From Pecten maximus (Eukaryota), in NCBI RefSeq assembly GCF_902652985.1, contig NC_047020.1:38316001-38380000 (forward strand): DNA of 64,000 bases, written 5' to 3'. Under the pieces are notes generated by a model. It did not search any database. It was not told where the DNA came from and saw only the letters and a program-made list of their open reading frames with translations. The position numbers and the translations under genes are program-made. How positions within the stretch are numbered: position 1 is the stretch's first letter; each line of letters opens with the position of its first letter. Positions 41,240 to 54,990 of the stretch are shown here, in pieces.

Positions 41240-43053
41240 CCAGTATATAAGGTATGTCCTACATCCCACATGTTCAAAACTATTTTTTTAACTGAAAATA
41301 CCTTTTTGGAATGTCTCGAGATTAGTTCACTATTTGTGGTAAAGTCAAATCTTTGTATTCTGCACATTGTGGAGGCTTCCACAATCCTCTTTACTCCGTT
41401 AACCGTTCGTGACGTCACAATAGACATTAAATCAAGTTATGTCTTTTTTGATTTGCACAGATCACCTGAGGCGTATTATCAGTGATACCAGTAAAACATT
41501 TTTTTTTAATATATTACCACGTTATTGGATGTCGGGTACCAAAAGTTTGTAGATTAATTCATTCAATCATTTTCAGAAAAGGTTATAAATTACCATTCGT
41601 CACCTAATTAAAATCACGGCCTTGTTTCCGTAAAACGAGGACTTTTAAACCAAAAGAAATGTAAGCTAGACTATTGACAATATAGGCATCAACAGACCCT
41701 AATATTCACCTCGCCAATACACATATATATTTAGAAATCATGTAACAGTACACGTGTGTGACCCATTCAGCAACTTGTTTACTCATCTGCGTCTTGTTAA
41801 TAAAAACCTGAAGACAGATATGGCAATGTCACGAATGAGAATTAATATTCACAAACATAACAATCATAATTGAATTATTTAAAAAGAAATTAGAAATATG
41901 AATTTAATCTTACTTTTACACTAAACGCTACTCTTACCTCCCTTTACATGCTTTATTTCAATTGATTTCTCCTCAGGTATTCATAAACAGAACATATATG
42001 CCTACCTGTCTGTTTTGTTATCAAACAATAGTGCAGTGCGTCACGACCTGTTTTACTAACCCACTAATCTGTGTTTACCACTAATCTATTCGTGTAAACA
42101 ACGCTTGTCTTTCTAAAGAACGTATGATAGGTGTAAGCTTTTTATTTCAGATGTAGTTTTATTTAATCCCTACACAGCACTTCTATTGTCTCAGAAATAA
42201 ATAAGATACTATAATTGACCATCTAGTATCAAGTTATGTCATGTTTTTCTCTGTGAAGATACGGTAGTCCCCATTAGTCATGCTGGTGTACTTTGATGTT
42301 GACCCAATGTCTGGGTCCGTATGTCCATCATATCCTAAAGACGGACTCAACGGAAAGGATGTCAGAATCCTCAATACTTTAACTGTGACATGACTATGAA
42401 GTAATATCACATTTTTGTGTTTCTGTTCCAATTTTACACCAGTTAAGCATTCTGTATATAGTATAAGAGATTAAAGGACCAAATTGTACGTCATACATTC
42501 AACACGTATGATAGAAATTTTCCATTAGCATATTTTCTATTATTAGACAGATTGCATTATTCCATAACAATTCACTCCGCCCACCCCAGATACACCTTAC
42601 AGCACAAATGAACGCAAACAAATATCGACTTTAGATAGTATAGTGATTAAAAAAGTTATAGTTATCAAATTAAATCATCTGCCGAAAAAGATTAGTTTCA
42701 TGGAATAATTGTCTGATAGTTATATATTCCATTTTGACATCAGTACGCATTTCCACATCTTTTTTTACCAACGGCATCATTTGGGTTTAAAATTAGTTGT
42801 GACCTGATATGCAAATCCTTGTCATGTTATTGATTTCACGTCCTTGGTCCCGTAAAACGGAAACTTTTAAACTGAAAGCAATCGAGGTCGTATTAATGTC
42901 GCTTTACACGTAAATAAAACTACTGATTCCACAATGATACAACACACACATTTAAAACCCCTATTACAACACATAGCCGTGACCTTTTTCACATTGAGTT
43001 GACTCACATGTGTCTTGTTGATAAACACTAATCAATAATATTATGAATTATTG

Positions 43054-43262
43054 TTGGTTTGCTTTTTTTTTTTTAACGGCCAGGGTCATTTAAAGACTTC
43101 AAGGTTTTGGTGGTGGAGTAAAGCCGGAGTACCCGGACAAAAACCACTGGCTTACAGTCAGTACCTGGCAACTACCACACGCAGGTTTCGAACTCACAAC
43201 CCAGAGGTGGAGGGCTAGTGATAGAGTGTCGGGACACCTTAACCACTTGGCCACCGGGGCCC
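43054..43262 (-). mobile_element. tRNA-derived V-type SINE
   Basis: Reverse complement of the same family; absent at the homologous site of sister cassettes (e.g. about 33490). Confidence 0.85.
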
Positions 43263-45553
43263 GTTATAAATGATGTATCATAAGCAAATCATAACAATTA
43301 CGTTTTTCAGCATTTCAAAAAATAAACAAATAAAAACAATAATCATCTAAATTTACTTAAACTCTACTTATAGCCCCTTTAACCTGTGTTGGTTTCAGTT
43401 TCAATTTATTTCTCCTTAGAGATTGATAAAACATGACATGTATACATACTGTACCGGTCTATTTTGACTTACATACGTTGTCATACTAAACCCTTCATCT
43501 TTGTTAGGTCTTTGTTAGATCTACTCGTTTATACAGTGTTTATATCATCTTTGTATAGTTAGAACTTTGTGATAAGGGTATTTTGTATTAAATTAGATAA
43601 AAAGTTTAGATTAAGATAAAGTCTTTTTTTAATCCTTTATACTTTCTCTGAACTATGAAAGATCCTATAACTGACCATATAGTATCACGTTATGTCATGT
43701 TTTTCTCTGTAAAGATACCGTAGTCTACATTGTACTTATCTGGAAAAATGATACTATTATTTACAATATCTATTATCGGGGAGTCCCCATTAGTCATGCT
43801 GGTGTACTTTGATGTTGACCCAATGTCTGGGTCAGTAAGTCCATCATATCCTAAACACGGACTGGACGGGAATGGTGTCAGAATCTAAAATACTTTAACA
43901 CTGGCATGAAACCCACTTTTGTGATTCTGTTCCAATTTTACACCAGTTAATATCGTTCTATATATAATATTAGAGAAGTAAGGACCAAACATTCAACACC
44001 AATGATAGGAAAATTCCATTGGTATATTTTCTATGAATAGACAGATGGCTTTTTTTTAAATTCCATAAAAATCATTCCGCCACCCAAAGAAACGAAACTA
44101 GCCCCCAGACACTTCGATACAACTAACACCACAAATACGAGCTAAACAACTGACTACAGATATCACGGTGATTCAATCATTTATATATCTAAAATTAAAT
44201 CATCCACCGAAAAAGAATGCATTATAGCATTTTCATGTAATACGCGTCTGATAGAACATTTTTTCTATGTTGACATCTTTTTACCAACGGCATCACGTTA
44301 TAGACTAAATAATTGTAACCTTACATGCAAATGTAATCATTAAGTTAAGAATTACTTTATAGGTGATCTTACCTTAATCAAAATTTACCTTATAAGACTG
44401 TAAACGGTTACGACAGACGTATTAAAAATTAAAAAAAAATATTTCGTCTGATTTTTTTTTTTTTTTTTTTTTTGATATTCGCACTTTTTTTTATCAAGAT
44501 GCCAGCAATCATTTTAGTAATAGAATGTAGGTACGGCGAGATTACACATTGAGTTTCATCGCCGAAAAGCAATCTTCGTAAAATATCCAAATCATTAGGA
44601 TAGGCTAAACAAATAGGTGTGCATTTTCGGTAATGAAAAAGAAATCAGATTTATATATCACTGTGTTTGATGCTACGTCATACTTCCTGTCAATCATGTT
44701 GTTATCAACTAATCACTTGACCTTTCCTAATACGTGATAAAGTTTATGCTTATGTTAGTTCGCTATAATGTCCTTTATCCCTCAATGGTGTCCAAATTTT
44801 TTAATCCAGTTCTGTCTTCTTCTGATTCGCAGATAACTCATTAGGTGTTCCGTGACCATTCTTTGCAAAAACGTGAAAACATACCATGCCACCGTCAGTT
44901 TCAATGATTATATTTAATTCATAAATAACTTATTCTTAAATATGGCGGGAATCAAAATACTAAGCAATGCTGTGATATCATATATTCGTCATGGACATTT
45001 AAATGTTTAACTTGATACTGTAGAATCAAATCCAGAGATTTCTACATTTAAAGCATACGTATTGCTTCTATTTCAGCATTAGTTGTGGTTTCATCTTATA
45101 TTCTTAAAATAAAACAGAAACGTAAAATAAATGTCAAAGAAAATCTTTATCAATCCTGAATGAAGGCAAACAACATATGTCTAAAGCAATAACAAAGGCA
45201 ATTTTTTTTAAAGATGGTATGATTATTTTCCAACAGTTATGACTGATTTCCATGTTTACTATGCTAAATAAGCAAGAAAACCAATCATCACACTCATTGA
45301 AACATTCTGCTGCTCCCTTATAGATACCGTATTACTATAGGATTCTGTTAAATACTTGCAGCTCCCTACCGACTCGGCTAAGGAAAATCTTGCAGCTCCT
45401 TACCGACTCGGCTAAGGGAACATTCACTTCAGCTCATTCGGTGTTGTGTTAGTCTGGTATACTTGAGTCTCCAGGTTGGATAATAAGCGTTTGCAAATTT
45501 TTAAAAACACTTCGTCCGTTGAAAAAATTAAATGATAACAGTAAAACAAAAAA

Positions 45554-48500
45554 AGGGGGGGGGGGGGGGGGGGGGAGCATGTTACAGGCCCACGCATACT
45601 GTGCGTAGGAGTAGTCACCAATTACACATGTACTAACAGAAGATCCTGGCAGTTCATTGGAGTATAACCATCCAGCATACACTAAGTGCATGTACTTTAA
45701 AATGTTATGACGTTGTATTATGCTGTCATATTCAATATAAATGTCATGACCTATATATAAGCTCATGACCTAGAATATATATGGCTAGCACCTTCAATAT
45801 GTTATGATTAGGTTATGAACCCACAAACATACTGTAGAAGAGATGGGAGGAAAGCATTCCAATTAGTTCTAATATACATGCAACCACATTATATCAATGA
45901 TAACAAAAACAAAAAACAAAAAACAAAATTAATATCAATTATAAAAATCTCAGTTAATGAAATGGGATAGTTCAAAACTCATTTTAATATCAATTGTAAA
46001 ATATGTTTCATTATTTTTTTATAGTTTTGGCTCATCAGTATTTTTTTTAAGAATTTTATTTCCTTTACGTTTTTCTTATAAGATTTAATTTTAAGTTAAT
46101 TGTGGATACAAAGTTTCACAATAGGAAATAAAAATTTTGAAATTACAAGTTATTTTGTCTACATCATTAAATAATGCTTTCTTTTTGACTACGTGTTAAT
46201 TTAGTTTGACTTAGTTTCACCATAACTGAACACCATATTTTTCATTTGATTGTTGTCAAAATCACTTCATATAGGCAGCACCAATAATCCAAAACTCAAT
46301 CTGTAAACAACAATAAATCTACATGCGTGTATATGAGTACAAGATATATACAGAAACAAAATAACAACAAAACATGATATGATAATGAAAAAACAACTGA
46401 GATTAAACCTGACTAGCACCATTATTTCCGGAATAACGGATTATCCGGATTGGTAAACAGGACCTCTTCGGAGTAAGGAAAACATTATTTTTATCCGGAT
46501 TTGAACTTACATTTAGATAGTACTATGTTATCCTATCTAACACAAATTTAAAGCTTGCCTTCGAATTGGGATCTCGGACCGAAAATGTTGAAATGTTAAT
46601 TCGAAAATTTTCAAAAGGTTTTCGATTTGGTCATCTTATTTAAATCACGTCCTTGATCCCGTAAAACTAGTAATTGTTAAACCGAGTGCAATTTCGGCGG
46701 GAATATTGGTGATATACTCGTTAATACACCGACTGACTCACCCCACGTACACACATACATTTAAAGCTCATGTTACAACACACAGACGTCCGTGTGTGAC
46801 CCATTCAGTAACTTGTTTACTCATCTGTGTCCTACAGGACACAGGTGAATAAACAAGTTACTGAATGGGTACTAATGCAGTAATGATATGAATGAAATAT
46901 GATAGTCTTAAACATGACAAACATTGTTGCTGTTTTTTACGGGTTTTTTTCATTATTATTATTGGTTTTTTTTTAGAATATGTATTTAATCCGACCTTTA
47001 ACATCCTGCTCATAACTCCCTTAATAGGGAACAACCAGCCAATTGAAAAAAATATATTTTTGAAACAGCCCATGTGTATAGAAAGTTGAGCCAAGGATAA
47101 AATGTCTGGCAGCCACTGGTATATAGATATGTAGCCTGATAGGTAACTATCAATAAGAAATGTTGATATAAATTTCCTAAGTCCGATTGATTTTTTCCCC
47201 AAAAGTTCAGGCAATAATAATTAACAGGTAAACATTTAAGATTTTTGAGAAATTTTACTGCGAAATTCACCCATTTTCAAAATGGCTACCCTGGAGAAAA
47301 TTTGAGCTGAAGGACCCAACTTTTTTTTTGATTAGGTGTTATATCAGACCCTTAACTTTTGTTATAAACAATAATTGTCATATTGAATTCAAGAATTTGA
47401 ATGAAATACTCCGAAACGTTAACACTAAAGTATATGGGAAAACAATTGGTTGGTTGGTCCCTAATATGTTTTCACTTTAGTTTCACTTTTATAAACCAGG
47501 ACATGTATGCCTAACTGTCTATGTTCATGTATATGCCTACATGTCAATTCTGTTATCACAATGACAATGGATGGGGGGGGGGGGGGGGGGGGGGGGGGCA
47601 TGTGACAGGCCCACGTATACTCTGCGGTGGAGTAGTCACCAACTACACATGTACTATCAAAATATCCTGGCAGTTCATTGGAGTAAAACTATCCAGCATA
47701 CACTAAGTGCATGTACTTTAAAAGGTTATGACGTTGTATTATGCTGTCATATTCAATATAAATGTCATGAACTATATATAAGCTCATGAAAAATGTGTCT
47801 AACCTAGAATATATACATGTATGGCTAGCACCTTCAATATGTTTATGATGAGGTTATGAACCCACAAACATACTGTAGAAGAGATGGGAGGAAAGCATTC
47901 CAATTAGTTCTAATATACATGCAACCACATTATAACAACAATAACAAAAACAAAAAACAAAAAACAAAAATTAATATCAATTATAAAAATCTCAGTTAAT
48001 GAAATGGGATATTTCAAAACTCATTTTAATATCAATTGTAAAATATGTTTCATTATTTTTATAATTTTGACTCATCAGTATTTTTTAAGAATTTTGTTGC
48101 CTTTACGTTTTTCTTATTAAATTTAATTTTACGTTAATTGTGAATGCAAAGTTTCACAATTGGAAATAAAATTGAACACCATTTCTTTTGTCTACATCAT
48201 TACATAATGCTTTCTTTTTGACTATGTGTTTATTTTGTTGACTTAGTTTCACCATAACTGAACCTATATTTTTCATTTGATTTTTATCAAAATCACTTCA
48301 TATAGGTAGCACCAATAAACCAAAACTCAATCTGTAAACAACAATAAATCTACATGCCTGTATATAAGTACAAGATATAGACAGAAACAAAATAACAACA
48401 AAACAAAATATGATAATGAAAAAACAACTGAGATTAAACCTGACTAGCACCATTATATCCGGAATAACGGATTATCCGGATTGGTAAACAGGACCTCTTC

Positions 48501-49102
48501 GGAGTAAGGAAAACATTATTTTTATCCGGATTTGAACTTACATTTAGATAGTACTATGTTATCCTATCTAACACAAAGCTTGCCTTCGAATTGGGATCTC
48601 GGACCGAAAATGTTGAAATGTTAATTCGAAAAATTTCAAAAGGTTTTCGATTTGGTCATCTTATTTAAATCACGTCCTTGATCCCGTAAAACTAGTAATT
48701 GTTAAACCGAGTGCAATTTCGGCGGGAATATTGGTGATATAATCGTCAATACACCGACTGACTCACCCCACGTACACACATACATTTAAAGCTCATGTTA
48801 CAACACACAGACGTCCGTGTGTGACCCATTCAGTAACTTGTTTACTCACCTGTGTCCTGTAAATATACACTAATGAGGTAATAATATGAATGAGATATGA
48901 TAGTCTTAAACATGACAAGCACTGTTGTTGTTTTTTTTTAATCATTATTATTAATGGGTTTTTTAATATGTACTTAATCGTACCTTTAACTTCATCCTAC
49001 TCACAACTCCCTTAATATGTTTTCATTTCAGTTTCATTTTTATAAACCAGGACATGTATGCCTGTTCACGTATATGCCTACATGTCAATTCTGTTATCAC
49101 AA
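45554..49102. repeat. Recent direct tandem duplication of about 1.5 kb (copies 45554-47561 and 47573-49102)
   Basis: Long near-identical stretches (e.g. 46400-46830 vs 48430-48860). Both copies begin with a poly-G run. Copy 1 carries an extra MITE. Confidence 0.92.
47027..47461. mobile_element. MITE, 435 bp
   Basis: TIRs GGGAACAACCAGCCAATTG / CAATTGGTTGGTTGGTCCC, flanked by TAATA on both sides. The empty site CCCTTAATATGTTT is present in the sister copy at about 49009-49022. Confidence 0.88.
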
Positions 49103-50619
49103 AATAAGGTAGTCCGATATGGATGTCTTACAAGCCCCTTTATAAGTATGTTAAGACTATACGTGTTAACAATTCTAGTCCTAGTGTAGTACTAAGAATA
49201 GTTGTATTTTCTATTACATAGGACAATCTTTTGGATTAAGAGGTAGTTTTATGTTATCCCTGAATAACAATGATAGTATTGTCTCTGAAATAAATAAGAT
49301 ACTATAACTGACTGTCTAGTGTCAAGTTATGTCTTGTTTTTCTCTGTGAAGATAAAGTAGTATACATTGTACTTATCTAGAGTAGTGATATTATTATTTA
49401 CAATATAGATTTCATTGGGGAGTCCCAATTGATTCATGCTGGCCTACTTTGATGTTGATCCAATATCTGGGTCAATATGTCTACAATGTCCCACACATGG
49501 ACTGAATGTGAAATATGTAAGAATTAACATATCAAAGAGTAACATTCACACTACTACCAAGTAATATATCAATATATTACATATATTTAAATTTGTAATC
49601 CTATTCTAATTTCAAATTTCTAATTTTCTCATGTGAATCATTCTATTTATGATAGGAGAGGTAGGAACCATACCACATATCCCATACATTCAAGCACTTA
49701 TGATGGGAAGTTTCCGTTAGTACATTTTTCTATAATTAGACAATCTGTAATAAGTATGTAATGATTCATTGCATCGAGCCCAGGAACTACGACACATCTT
49801 ACCTCATGGCGTTAAAATTAAACCATGGTCGCAAAATATAAAGATTTTTTAGAAATTAATGACTATTTGATGGTATATATTTTGCTTTTCGTCATCAGTA
49901 CTTATTGTCGTTTCGTTAACAAATGGCATCATTTTATAATAAGATTCTTTGTGATTTTAAATGTAATAATTTAAGATGTTTTCGGTTACTTCAGTTACTT
50001 CAGATGAACTACAAATAATAACGGTAGACATTGTTTCATTGAAACAATCATTCGTCTAAGGTGTTTTCACACTTTTAAAACAAAATGCTATCAAAGAGAT
50101 GACTGTGTATCCTCAGCCATTGCGAGGAAGGATTAAAATCAAAATGATAATCAAATTACATCGCATAAAAAATGAATCCTTTGTTAAATGTCCTTATCCT
50201 TAGGATAAGCTCCTTTGCTTATTTCCAAGTTGTACTAGTTTGACAATATGGTTGTAGTGATGCAAACAATTAAACCCACGTGTCTCAACGTTCCAGATAA
50301 ACGGAGTGTCACGTTTACAAATGTACATGTAATTGTCAGTATTTTGAGGACTTGGCTATTGATTAAAATCGAGTCATTCAGCTTTCAAGCCGATGTTCTC
50401 ACAAAACAATTAAGCTGGGATTATGTTGTAGATTAACTGTTAACTGCATTGTGTGAAGAGTTTCGGAAGTGATTTTTAAATGAATGATTATGAACTGATT
50501 TAGTACCGAGATACTACTTTTAAATCCATTAAGAAATAATTTAGCCCTGGTAATACAGGAAATATAGTCAAATGGATTTAGATGAGAAAACATCTTTACC
50601 TTTAAGATTTTTCTTGTTT

Positions 50620-51627
50620 TTAGTTATCTCTGCCACCTGATATTGAAACCAATTCAGCGTTGCCTACATTATAATATTGGTTTACAACTGAAGGTTTTTC
50701 CTTCAATTTCTTCAGCTTGCTCTCTAGTTTATATATTCTTCTGTCCATCATTTCTATACATTCTTCCTGTCTAGTGATTGTCTTTGTCTGGTTTACCAAT
50801 GTCTCTGTCATATCCCATTGTCTTCGCATCAGAAAATGGTTCCTCTTCTCCTTCCGGAGGAGTCTCTGCGTGACAGTCTTATTAGTCACTTTCAACTGGT
50901 TGTAATTTGTGACGTCATATTCATTTTCTTTGTTGTTGCATCCTCCGGAAAACGCAGAACATCCCTCCTGATCTGAATCCAACAGGGATAAAGTTGGTAC
51001 TGCTGAAGGAATACTTTCGAGCTCCAACATTGATACCCTAACTTCCTGCGCGATGACGTCATTTCTTGTCAGGAGACAAATAGTGTCTTGTATTCCACAG
51101 ACATATCCAAGATCTGGCCAGTTTATTTCCAGTGTTTGTCCTTTTGCTGTACCGTTGTCACCAAAATCAGACATAATATCAATGAGCTGAAGATCACCAT
51201 GCACAGGCGATTTTGAAGCATCATTTTCTGTATCGAGAATTTCATTAAATGGCGTCAAACCAGACTCAACAAGGTCTCCTTCGATTTCTTCATCGACAAA
51301 TCCCGGATTATCCAGTCCAATTTTGTAATCTATGACACTTACTATTAGCTGTTCTTTTTCACAAGTGCTATGTTTTTTCTTATGGTGTTTCGGGCGTGTA
51401 GGTTGCAGCAGCCATCGTTTAATCTTGACCATTCGAGATATTTTCTGGCACTCGTCGGAAGATCTCATCCATTTTGGTTTGAAGACTGAAGGGGCTTCCT
51501 TTCTATGGTCTTCCAACGATTTCGATTTTGGTCGGACATGCTCTTCATCTCCGTCGTTAAATTCAATTCGTCGAATTTCATTCTTAGAAATTCGCTTCCA
51601 TGGAAGGGAATGTACTCGTTTCTGCAT
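50620..51627 (-). CDS. Distant cluster member E: disordered N-terminus, coiled coil and C-terminal degenerate RHIM-like motif; 335 aa, single coding exon
   Basis: 1-kb ORF in AT-rich DNA. Acceptor cttttag|G at 51635 just before ATG 51627, and a probable 5'UTR donor CAG|gtgagt at 51961. The coiled coil TITRQEECIEMMDRRIYKLESKLKKLKE is followed by YNVGNAELVSISG. Confidence 0.8.
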   Translation of the reverse strand: MQKRVHSLPWKRISKNEIRRIEFNDGDEEHVRPKSKSLEDHRKEAPSVFKPKWMRSSDECQKISRMVKIKRWLLQPTRPKHHKKKHSTCEKEQLIVSVIDYKIGLDNPGFVDEEIEGDLVESGLTPFNEILDTENDASKSPVHGDLQLIDIMSDFGDNGTAKGQTLEINWPDLGYVCGIQDTICLLTRNDVIAQEVRVSMLELESIPSAVPTLSLLDSDQEGCSAFSGGCNNKENEYDVTNYNQLKVTNKTVTQRLLRKEKRNHFLMRRQWDMTETLVNQTKTITRQEECIEMMDRRIYKLESKLKKLKEKPSVVNQYYNVGNAELVSISGGRDN

Positions 51628-54339
51628 CTCAAACCTAAAAGCCAAAATAAGAATGCTTGTTTTAAAGGTTTATTCACATTGACGCTGGATTATTTTCTCT
51701 ACAACAAATAAAACAATATACTATATATATTACAAAGAAATAATTCATAAAAATTGACGTCTTCATGTAATAAGTCCATCAAAAGTAATCAATATGTGTT
51801 TGCGTGGTTCTATTTATAACTAGGGCGGCCATTTGTAATTTTCCTTTCCTTGTTCAGAATATACAATGATTCCCATATATTGTTTGAACATTCGGCAAAT
51901 TATCAAAATAAACTTTAAATGTAGGCATAACAAACAAAAGCGACAAAATATAACAACTCACCTGTAAATGTCTGGGGTGTCCTGATAGTGTGAACCGGGC
52001 TATCATTTGATATCCATGTTAACACCAACAATCTGTCACATTGAAACAACAGTCGACGCTGTCTGATTCAACAGCTTATGTCCAGAATTCCCACCTTCAT
52101 AGATAGTATTCATTGATATCTAGGAGAGATGGTCGGTGAATTTACATTGTTGTACTTATCTAGTACGTACTACCTGGGATAGGTTAATTTTTCTTTGCAT
52201 ACACGTCCGGTCCTCTTACCAGTCGCAGTGGTTACCCAGATGGTGATTCTAAATATAGCTATCATTTACATTAGGATATCAGATGTAATGATTTACATAT
52301 GAAAACAAACAAGCTCACATGAAAGTCTTGCTCGCCTGAATGTTTTCCTTTGCCTATTATATACCTGTTACTATTTTAACATGGGATTATAATCCCAGTA
52401 TGTGATATTTAAGCAGTATTATATACATGTACTAACTCTTTCACCCTTACAGTACACGACTGTCGTTTGAAATAAACTGAACGTTACTTATATCTAAGTA
52501 TTTGATATATGTTTATAGATGAATACAATGGAAGATAAATTAATATTCAATCTAGTATTTATTTCAAAACTAATATTGAAACTACTAATGTTGAAATATA
52601 CAACTAGAGTTGTGAAATTATCAATTTATTATCAATTATCGACAAGGATGATAGAAATGTGCAAACAGGAATATGACATTAATTCGGTGTTTCAACAAAA
52701 GTGTATTTATGTTGTATATATCGTCACACCACCATACAATACAATAACAAAGCAACTGTTAAACCGACTTCATTATGAAATATAACATACAATCACTCCA
52801 ATGACAAAATATTTTTATTAGAAAATTTTACATATTTTTATTATGGAAATCTACTACCAGTTGCGTTTTTTGAGAAATTAAACAGCAACAAAATATTCAT
52901 AGTAAAAAATTATTAACAAAAATAAAAGGCCTTTGTTACTAACTTAAGAAAACTTTCTACTGGCAACATAACAACAGCACTTTAACCATTAAGATAATTT
53001 CCTTTCTATATAACACCTTCTGACAGGAAACACGTACCGCCAGAACAACAATATATAATATTGATTATATGAAGCGAATAATCGCCGCTAATTATAATGC
53101 CATAGCAAAACCTGGTGATGTATGCTATTGAACGTCAATGGACTTGAAACTTTAAAATCTATCATTTATCTATTGAAAGGTTCTCGAGCGTGATAGGAAA
53201 GCGTGAATCAAAATCTTGTATGGGAACTTCTACTGACCTAAATTATATATACACAAGAATCGTTTTCCGCCTGACCAGTATATATCGTACGATAAGTCTA
53301 TTAATGTCGATGACGGGTACATTTTGTCCACACCCACCCACACACACACACACATACATATACATGTATACATAGTAGGCGTTTTGTCGATATCTATATG
53401 AATTCAATCAAAAGGTTTGACAATAGTAACATGATTTGCTGTACATATCTGCCAGTATATCACAGTTTGAGTACAGTTCGATAGGTATAGTCATGTTGAT
53501 AACGGGTACATTATGTATACGTCTATATAGACATGTGTGCTTCCGGTTTGGAATTTTCATTCTAAAAATAGGACATATTCAACCACTTATCGACAGGTGT
53601 TTCTATATAAAGGCATGGTTTGTTTTAAATCCAACTCATAAGAGAATTATCTCTCTCCTGTTCTCTTTGGACGTCGGTATTTATCAAGCATGATAAACAT
53701 ATTTCATTCTTTTTTTAATAAATCTTAATATATCCGAAAAATATTTTGCTATTTTGTTTATAAAGCTATATTCATTTTATTATTTACAAATAAATGTATT
53801 AAATCATCTTAAGATTTTGCATTATTAGAAATTGCTACTGGTCATTTTACTAACTTCATTTCTGATGAAATTATATCTTAATTTTTGTTAGCGATGTCCT
53901 CGCTATGATACTCGGCATACCTCAGACAATGGTAATGTTAAAAATCAGTTTAATTTTTATGGGAATAAAATGCATCCAGAGGACATATCCTGTATGTTCC
54001 TTTGTGGAAGTGAACCTGACTTGGGCGTACTTATTTCAAAAACTACGTTAGATTTTTTATTTTCTTGAGGCGGTAATTATCAAGTAATGAATGACAAAAT
54101 ATTTTCCATATTAGAATTCAGCAATTGTAATAAGGTGTGTCCAGTATGGCATAAAGAGTGACATCAATATAGCAGATATTTATCAGATATTGCATAGACT
54201 ATTTTAAGTTAGGAATTGGGAAAACAATAAAATAGCATTGCATCAATTGCAAAAATGAAAACATATATATATAAAGTTCTGAAATAACTAATACTGTGGC
54301 ATCATCTTTTGATGATGACCGTATGTTGATTTTCACAAA

Positions 54340-54580
54340 ATCAGTCATCAATACTATGACGTCATATTTCGACAGAAAAGCCGTCTGCTGATGTATCCGG
54401 AATCAGTCATGAACGCTGTGACGTTGCATTTTGATAACATAACCGTATGCAGATCTTAACAAAATCAGTCGCCATTAGGTCGACATCATGTTTCGATAGA
54501 GCAACGCCTGTTGATCTTATCGTTATCATGCATTGGTTCTGTGACGTCATATTTTGACAGAGCAACCGGTTGATGGCCTT
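54340..54580. repeat. Degenerate repeat of about 60 bp x4
   Basis: TGACGTCATATTT(C/T)GACAGA...CCG recurs at about 54357, 54419, 54481 and 54542. Confidence 0.55.
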
Positions 54581-54990
54581 GCAAGATCAGAAGAAGCCAG
54601 TAAAAAACCGATATCATCGATAGAATCAATCATTTGTGTGAAAATATCGAACAATTAAATGATACAAAATGTATGTTCGAATCTCTGCAAAATCAAAACC
54701 ATGGAGGATATTATGGATAACATGGAAACTACCAAAAATTTAAAGACAACCTTAGATACCAAGTATGCATTAACAATGCACAGTTAAAATTAAATCAAAT
54801 ATTCAGAAGTCTTAATATCAAGTTTTACATCAACAACGTTCTCTTTTTGAACATTTTCTTAGGGTCGTTTAGATTATTAGTTTTTGTTTATTTTTCTGTT
54901 AAAAATGAACATAACATTGTTCCACGGGAGGTATTTCTGCTTTAATTACCTGTGTTCTTAAAAAATGTGTCTGGTAAATTCCTTTCCTTA

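Noticed and set aside
42234-42431. Cassette block iii as a small coding exon family (GYDG.TDPDIGSTSKYTSMTNGD)
   Set aside because: Copies differ by indels and lack consistent start or splice signals; conservation is explained by recent duplication
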